DNA from: Prorocentrum cordatum
Taxonomy: Eukaryota
Reading direction: 5' to 3'
Assembly (NCBI GenBank): GCA_963575745.1
Contig: CAUYUJ010000203.1
Span: forward strand, 1-64,000
DNA length: 64,000 nucleotides
Below are positions 56,361-64,000 of the stretch, piece after piece. Under the pieces are notes generated by a model that worked only from the letters and a program-made list of their open reading frames with translations, was not told the DNA's origin and searched no databases. The position numbers and the translations under genes were made by a program. Position 1 is the stretch's first letter; each line of letters opens with the position of its first letter.

Positions 56361-59300
56361 GATGCCTCGAGCGGTTTGCTGGGTTTAGCAATCCTAAGGG
56401 GTGGCCGCCAGGGGTATCTCACGGCCTCCGTTCGCGCCCAAATGGCGGGGATGTCTCAGGGGGTTTGCTTGTTTTGGTCCCCAACATCCTCCGTTATCGG
56501 AGCAGATTTGGAGGATGCCTCGAGCGAGGCGCTCATTTTCGCTCCCCAGGGGGGGGCCAGATTTGAGGATGCCTCGTTAGGTGTGCCTGTTTTGGTGGCC
56601 AGACTCTTGGGCACATATTCTCCCCAGGATGCCACAGGAGGCTCCAGCAGGCTCCACGAGGCCCCATGAGGCCACATGAGGTCCCAGGAGGCATCATGAG
56701 GCCACAGGAAGATTCAAGAGGCCACATGATGTCCCAAGAGGCTCCAGGAGGCCCCAGGAAGCTCCAGGAGGCCTCAGGAAGTCACAGGAGGCCCCAGGAG
56801 GCTCAGGCAACAGGAGGCCCCGAGAGGCCCCAGGAGCAGGAGGCCTCAGAAGGCAACAGGGGTTGTTCCAATGCCATATGTTTTACGTATGCTCCTATAG
56901 ATTGGGCCTCACTTGGAGAACGCATCCTTGATGTTATACTTATGTTTCTATGTATTGTCTTTCTCCTGCGTATACAATCCTAACTGGTTTACGTATGTTC
57001 CTATAGATTGGGCCTCCCCTGGGGCACGAGTCCTTGGTGTTTTACGTGTGCTCCATAGACTGCCCTTCTCCTGTGGCTCCAATCCGCAATGTTTTATGTA
57101 CGTCTGAGTTCGGGCTTCTCCTGGGGCACGAATCCTCCCTAGGAGGTCCCAGGAGGCTCCAGGAGGCTACGCGAGGCTCCAGGAGGCCTCAGGAGGCCAC
57201 TCGAAGTCCCAGGAGGCCCCAAGAGGCTCCTTGAGGCCCCAGGAAGGCCCAGGAGTTTTCTGGAGGCCCCAAGAGGCCCCAGGCTCTTGCGCAGAGACGC
57301 GCTCGTACTACCGATACTCATTCACGCTCCAATCCGTTCGAAGTTAGATTCATGACGAGACCGTCACAACTCAAGCCAGCTTACATTCGAAAGCTCTTGC
57401 GCCTAGACTCCCGGCGGACAGGTCCATGCGAATAGATGCACACATGGGCAGTTCCACGCAGTGAATATATATATATATATACACCCATATATATATATAT
57501 TCTTCGAAGATCGCCCTGTAAGGGGACATGCCCGATCTAACATAAACAGAAAGTTTTGGCGCTCCGCGCGGATTTCTCGGATCCGCGCTGGGCCTCCCCC
57601 CCCGGCGGCGCCTTGGGCGCCTGCATGGGCGCCCGGCATCGCCGTCGCGGGGGGCGGTGTTATCGGGCGTCGAGCGAACAACGGGAGGGGAGCAAGAAGC
57701 ATAGACACAAAGAATCGTCGATTCCTAGGAGTCGATTAAGAAGCAACGCCAGAAACCTAAACCTTTGGCACGGGGGGTCCAGCGCAGATCCATGAAATCC
57801 GTGCGGAGCGCTTAAAGATTATGTTCGTGCAATGTCTTGTTCCTCTCAAGAAACACAGACAAAAATAATCGTCGGTTCCCAGGAAGGGATTGGAAACTAT
57901 GGGAAGTGGAGGGGAGGAGGAATGTCCAGAAAATACCGGGAACTATGGGGGATCCTGGGAGTTGTCTTTATTTTTTGTTGTGTCCCTGGGCGTAGTGGTG
58001 GTGCGAAAAACGAGGTGTGTGAAGAAAGGTGCACCTAATGTACCCTAAAGGGGCCCCCCGGGGCCCCAAAAAGGACACGAAAGGCGGCCGCCCCACCAGG
58101 GCCGATTTTCCTCTAACCCCACCTCTGGCCCTACCCCACCTTTACGTCCCCCCGAGATTGATGCCGCCCTGCCCTCGCTCACCACCCACCAAACCACTCC
58201 GACCCAACCCGAAGGTTCAAATTGACCCTCGATTTCCAGTGGGGGGTGTCGGGGAACGTTGAGAAAACACACGTGGAACCCGTGAACCCCCCTTACCCGA
58301 AATTCGGGCCTTCAGGTTAGGTTGGGGTGGTCCGGTAGGTAGTCGCCCGCTCACTCACAAGCCGCCGGCGGGGGCACGACGGGCCTCCCAGGGCGGCGCG
58401 GTCGCCAGCGCGATCCGGCTGCTTGGCCTGTTTTCGGACGTCTTCGTTGGTCCCTTTAGAGTCTTGAACCAAGCCTACACTCAACCCGCTTGTATATATA
58501 TATATATATACATACATGCATACATACACTCGTGTGTACATACATATATTGTAAGGATGGACAACCTTCCCAAGGGTACCCTCGCTTCGTTGCCCCTTCG
58601 GCCCATCCTTAGCGACTTGCGCTGGCCAACCTCGTTCGAAAAACGCGAACGTGGCCCTCCAAGGCCCTTGTCGGCAATTAGGATTCGTTACGTGATGCGG
58701 ATCTCAGGTGGAGGAGGAGGAGGAGGAGGAGGAGGCGGAGGCGGAGGCGGAGGAGGAGGAGGAGGAGGAGGAGGAGGAGGAGGAGGAGGAGGAGGAGGAG
58801 GAGGAGGAGGAGGGGAGAGGAGAGGAGGGGAGGAGACTTCGCATCACGTGACGAAATCACCTTGCATGCCTGGCATCCCCGCCGCGCACCCCTGTTCTGC
58901 GGGCTGACTGTGCGCCCTTGGGGCGCCCTTCGGCGCTCCAAGGCCTCGGGGGGGCTGCCCGTCGCTGCGGCGGCCGGAGGCGCTCCGACGCTGGAGGGCG
59001 CCCCCACATGGTGCTGTGACCGCACCGTCTGGTGGCCAGGAGGGTTCGAGGTTCGAGGTTCGATGCTCGAGGGTGATAGGCGATAGGCTCAGGAGGGTTC
59101 GATGGGTCGATGTTTTTGACCTGTTCGTCGGCCCCCTGCGGCTTTCCGCCCGGGGATGCCTTCCAGCGGCTGCGCCTCGCCGAGAGCGTCCTCGGGGTGC
59201 TGGGATCGTCCCGAACGGCCGCCAGAGCTCCGAGTCATGGCCCGAAAACCACCTGGGATGGGGACGGGCTGCGGTGGGGATTCGGGGTGACCGCACGGTT

Positions 59301-62300
59301 TCGGGATGTGGGTTGTTCTCCGAGGACGTCTCGGGCGATTGGGGTCTTCAATGCCCCAACACGGTGCGTGGTGTCGGACCGTGCAGTGAGGCCTTTGGGG
59401 ATTTCGGGCTCGCCGCACGGTCTGTCGTTGCACCGTCTTGGGGCCCCTGGGTGGCGAAGCTTGTGACAATCCCCTGGCCAGCACGCACCGCAAGAGGTGG
59501 GTTCAACCTTTGAGGATCGGCGGCGACCCCAAGGGGGGAGGTGAGAGGGGCTCAGAGGAGGGATTGGGCCCTTGCCTCGTGCTTCCTTTTTTGGGGGGCC
59601 TCCTGGGAGGCCGTCGTCGCCGCGGTTGGATTCGCCGCAAAATCCAGAGTCCATGGAGATGTTCGCGGAGTAGCGGTATCGGTGCATTTTGGTTTCCCCG
59701 AAAGGGGACATGCCTTCTCAGAAGGCGGCCGAGCTGCTCCCAAGCCCCCCGGCCTTCTGAGAGGCCGTCTCTGTCAGGGCGTTTCGTCATGAGGGGGGCG
59801 ATACGTGTGTGGGGGCGAAGGAAGGTGCACCCTTTGTGCCCGAAAGGGGGCCCTAGAGGGGCCCCCTGGGGCCCAAAAGGGGGCACGAAGTGTGCACGTT
59901 TCTCCCCCATATAGCGCCCCCCTCTGCCTTCGGAGAGGCTCGGGAGGGAACGAAATCACGCAGACACACGTTTTCGTCGATTCCCAGAAAAGTATATGGC
60001 AACATTTGGGAAATGGAGGGGGACGAGGGGGAAAGACGAAGCTCCAGAACACGCATGGACAAGTAGGGCGAGAGCCCTGGGCTTTGTGTGTGCATCTATC
60101 TGTGTGTCCTTGGCCCCTTGCAGGGCTCAGAGCACACTGGTCAGGGGGCTCGGAGGAGGGCTCCCGAGGCGCCCGGCCTTGCTTCCCCAGGCCCGAAGCC
60201 GAGAGGAGGGGACAGCAGGGGCAACGAGAGTCGGGGGCGGCAAAGAGGAGGGTGATGACCAGGGGGGGTAGGATACCATGGCGTGGGCCATGCAGTTTCA
60301 GCAGATCCCATGCCGCCTCCTCTCACTTCATTGCGTTCCCCGCCCCCCCCCCCCCCCCCTGGGCCGCGCACGTGCCGCTGGCCACGATTTGCGCCCCCGC
60401 CCCTTGGACGCCCCCTTCTTGGCCGCCCCCGAGACCCCAATCGACCCAGTCGCCCGCTGATCGCCCCACCCAGTCCAGGAGCGTGCGGATTCACGATCGA
60501 GGGCCCATCGCTGACTTCTCGTCGATGCATCGCCGATTCCAGGTCGATGTCCCCCCCTCTGTGCCAGTTCCCCCACGATCGCTGCCGCTCAGAACGATCT
60601 TTTGAACATCGTGGATCTAGGCCTCCCAGATGGGGTCGGAGGATCGTGACGCATCGCCGATGCATCGCCCGATCTTCACCATGCCGACGGCGACGATGTA
60701 TCACCGACGTCGCCGATGCTTCGTCGATGCATCGTCGATGCATCGCCGAAGCGGTGCGATCTCCCAACCCCATCTACAAGGACCCCACCTGAGAGGCATC
60801 CAGTCGTGGATCGGAGTGTTTGATACGTTCTCACTCTTTTTGGGCCTCTGCGAGGCTGGGATTTCCTCATGCCCACGGGTCACTACGATCTGGAGGGCAG
60901 AGGTCGGGGATCGAGTGCGAAGGAGTGGACCGATTCCTAATGGTTTGTAATCTTTGCCACAGCGCTAGGCTTGCGGAGGTCCTTCCTCTTCCTCGTCCTC
61001 CTCCCCCATCCCTCCTGGTTGATGTGTCACAGCGTTGCAGTGCACGCCAGTGCGTCTTGAACCCTGCACTGTGCTGCATTTGTCTGCCTTTGCGCTGTTC
61101 AGCGCCTGGCTGCTGTCTATCTGTCGTATTGCAGTCTGCTTTAGGCGCCTTCCTACTTCAAGGATCGAGTGGTTTCCTTTCGTCCTTCGTCAAGGGGCGG
61201 ACGGAGATCCAATCTATTATTGGGAAGGCCTTGCAGTCTGTGCCGTCGAACCTGAAGGGTGGCGACGACAACAAAGGCGGCGGCGTCGACGACGACGCTA
61301 ACGCTCTGGAGCCCTTCTTGAGGCTGTCTTGGGAGCCTCATGAGTTCTGTTGGGAGGCCTCTTGGGGGACTGCTTTGGAAGCTCCGTAGTCTATTGGAGC
61401 ACCTCGGAGCGGATCTGAGACCTCGCAGAGGCACATGGGGGAAGACGCAGAACCCCCGCGACAGCACATGGGAATGAGGAGGGTGCCTCCTGTGGGGGGG
61501 AGGGTCTGAGAGGAACGCGGGGTGGTGGTGGCCCCCACGTTCGTGACTGGACTGGGAGCCGCAAGAGAGCAGCAGGTAAGTGGTCCAGACAGATGCATGA
61601 AGCTAGAGACACCTGGGCTCACCGTGCCCATTCATGGGACCCTTTGGGGCTGACGCGGCAAGTGCAGAGACCGAAGCCCCGCAGGGGGCCTCGAAATACC
61701 CCTGGGGGCCTCTGGGAACCAAGGCGAGGGCCGCAGACGCCTCAGGAGTTAAGTCGTCGAGACTCGATGGCTGAGGGAGTGGGGGGGCCCTTTTGTTGTT
61801 ACGGTACTGCGCCCAAAGCCCCCCGTCATTCACAGCCTCCGCTCCCCTGATCGAGGAAAGAGGAAGGGGTGGACATTGGAAAGAGAACATTCGGAGGACG
61901 AGGAGGGAGTGGAAGACGGGGAGTCAGATGGAGGGATCCTAGGCAGTCCTCTAGTGGTTCTTGGAGGCTTTCAGAACTGTCCCGACGCCACCGGATGCCC
62001 CCTGAGCCCGCCTCACAGTGGAGGCCCATGCCAAGAAATTCCTTGCTTGCATCCAGATTGCCCTGGGTTTCTTGGACTTTCATGGTTTTGCGATGGAAAG
62101 CGCGACGCTCCCACACCAAGCATCAATGGAAGTCCTGGGGTCTCAGGGATGGGTTTCTTGTGGAAGGTTTCTTGTGGTCCAGCCCCTATTGTAATTAGGC
62201 CCAGGACGTGGGACAACTTCCTTCCTCGAGAAACCGCGAACCTCGGTCCTCGAGGGCCCAGGAAAGGGTGAGGATCCCTTCCCCCGTCACCTCCCGACGT

Positions 62301-62329
62301 GCAGCAGCCCCCCCCCCCCGCGCGAGCAG

Positions 62330-62390
62330 GCCTCATTTGGGCCGTGCTGATGCTCTGGTTCTTCTGCATGGGCGCGTTCTCGCACATGAG
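62330..62390 (+). CDS. Candidate host-gene exon encoding a TM helix (G-LIWAVLMLWFFCMGAFSHM-R)
   Basis: CAG|G acceptor in phase 1, hydrophobic 19-mer, GAG|GC donor. Confidence 0.6.
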
Positions 62391-62980
62391 GCGGGCCCCG
62401 CCGGCCGGCCTGCCCGTGTTGCCGTCGGCGCTCCGCATGGTCGTCCGCCGGGGGTGCTGGGCACCTCCTCCAGCCCATCGCCATGGACAATGCAACGTCT
62501 TGTCGGGGGTGGACAGACCTTCTGCCCTGGCGCGTCGATTGAGGAATTGGCCGTTTTCGGTTCGCGAGAGGGCGCCGCGGCCGTCCTGTTTGCGGGTCCA
62601 GGTCCATCGGTTTCGGTCCCAGGCCGTTTTCACTAAGGGGAGGTCTACTCAAGGGAGGTTTGTCCACCATTGATCTTGGACTGGGACGATCGAAATGGGT
62701 ACGGAAAGAACGGATACAATGCCCCACAGCGGTGCCCGTTCATTTTGCACAGGGCTCGCGGCTCGCTGTCCGCGCCGCCGCAGGCGTTGTTCCTCGAAGA
62801 CAAAGGGCCGCCTGCCAAACAGTGCCCGCTGTCGGTTTTGGACAACCTTGCGGTGTTCGGCATCGTACCCATGCTTGCTGTACCCACTTCGGATGTACAA
62901 GTGGGTGGGCAGAGGGGTCCTCGAGGTGCTGCGCCTCTGGGCCTCTTGATATAGAGCTCCTCAGCATGAGAGGCCGTGCC

Positions 62981-63173
62981 TGTCGGGCCGGACGAGAGGG
63001 GGGATTGGGAAAGGGGGAGTTACGACATTTGCTGCATGCAGCTGGTTTCGGCCCCACCGAGGGGCCCATTCCTCAAACATGGGCGGCTCCTGGCGCCGGG
63101 AGGCGCCGGGAAAAGCAGCAATGTGAGCTGATTCTCAGACCCCCCTTTGCTATCCCCCCTTCCGCCCGACCCG
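62981..63173. mobile_element. Small imperfect-IR element flanked by a 70-bp direct repeat; family copy near 43338-43530
   Basis: Direct repeats 62911-62980 and 63174-63243 with 3 mismatches; ends GGGGGATTGGGAAAGGGGG / CCCCCTTTGCTATCCCCC. Confidence 0.65.
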
Positions 63174-63557
63174 AGAGGGGTCCTCGAGGTGCTGCGCCTC
63201 TGGGCCTCTTGATGCAGAGCTTCTCAGCATGAGAGGCCGTGCCCGGAGAAGGGGCCCCGGGGTCCACGGGGCCAAGTGTCCTCAGCGCCCGCTCCCCCAG
63301 GCCAGTCGTCCTCTTCCGCCCCCGCTCGTCCCGCCCTCGAACGTCGATGCTCGAGCCCCGAATATGTCCATGGGGTCCCCAAAACACATTAGCCAACTCT
63401 CGCCCAAAGCATCGGACAGCGATGGCCGCCCCCCCTCCCCCGTCCTGGAGGATGGGGCAGAGGAGGAGAAGGGGAAGGAGGAGGAGGAGGAGGAGTCGGA
63501 GAAGAAGTAGGAGTAGGAGGATGATGATGTTGATGACGGTGACAATGATACTGCAGT

Positions 63558-63601
<44 letters not shown>

Positions 63602-63865
63602 GTGATCTCCATGATCATGATGATCATCATGACGATGATGATCATGAGGAGGAAAATGCTGATGATTATGCTGATGCTGCTGTGGATGATGATGATGCAG
63701 ATGCTGATGCTGATGCTGCTGATGATAATGATGATGCTGATAAGGATGCTGATGATGATGATGATGATGAGCATGATGATGCTGATGCTGCTGCTGATGA
63801 TGATGATGCTGATGATGATGATGATGCTAATGCTGATGATGATGATGATGATGATGATGCTGAAC

Positions 63866-63915
<50 letters not shown>

Positions 63916-63943
63916 GGTGGTGATGATGATGATGATGATGATT

Positions 63944-63979
<36 letters not shown>

Positions 63980-64000
63980 GTGATGATGATGCTGATGGTG

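Overview
GC-rich, microsatellite-saturated eukaryotic genomic DNA that looks dinoflagellate-like (GC splice donors, dinoflagellate spliced-leader-like motifs, very long repeat-filled introns); the organism is inferred, not proven. The window appears to lie inside one long + strand host gene: about 10 short candidate exons join in frame and end in a first TM helix reminiscent of polycystin/PKD2-type channels. Two full-length Ty1/copia LTR retrotransposons sit in its introns in sense orientation: element A (15272-22635, older and decayed) and element B (28774-39530, 175-bp LTRs differing at 2 positions). Both use a tRNA-iMet PBS, both inserted into GGA/GGAGGG purine tracts, and both carry a divergent C5-cytosine-methyltransferase-like domain in pol, at different positions. 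Each also carries an extra ORF between pol and the 3' LTR. Element B's extra ORF is intact (817 aa from the likely ATG), has a coiled-coil / Pro-rich linker / RRM-like architecture, and its DNA is strongly and strand-specifically enriched in TTAC/TTAAC. Element B also has a candidate -1 ribosomal frameshift (G_GGT_TTT plus hairpin) after the protease and an SL-like motif in its LTR. The rest is MITE-like elements, mini/microsatellites, dispersed repeats and a PPR-derived 111-nt tandem array. Most ORFs in the supplied track are low-complexity artefacts.
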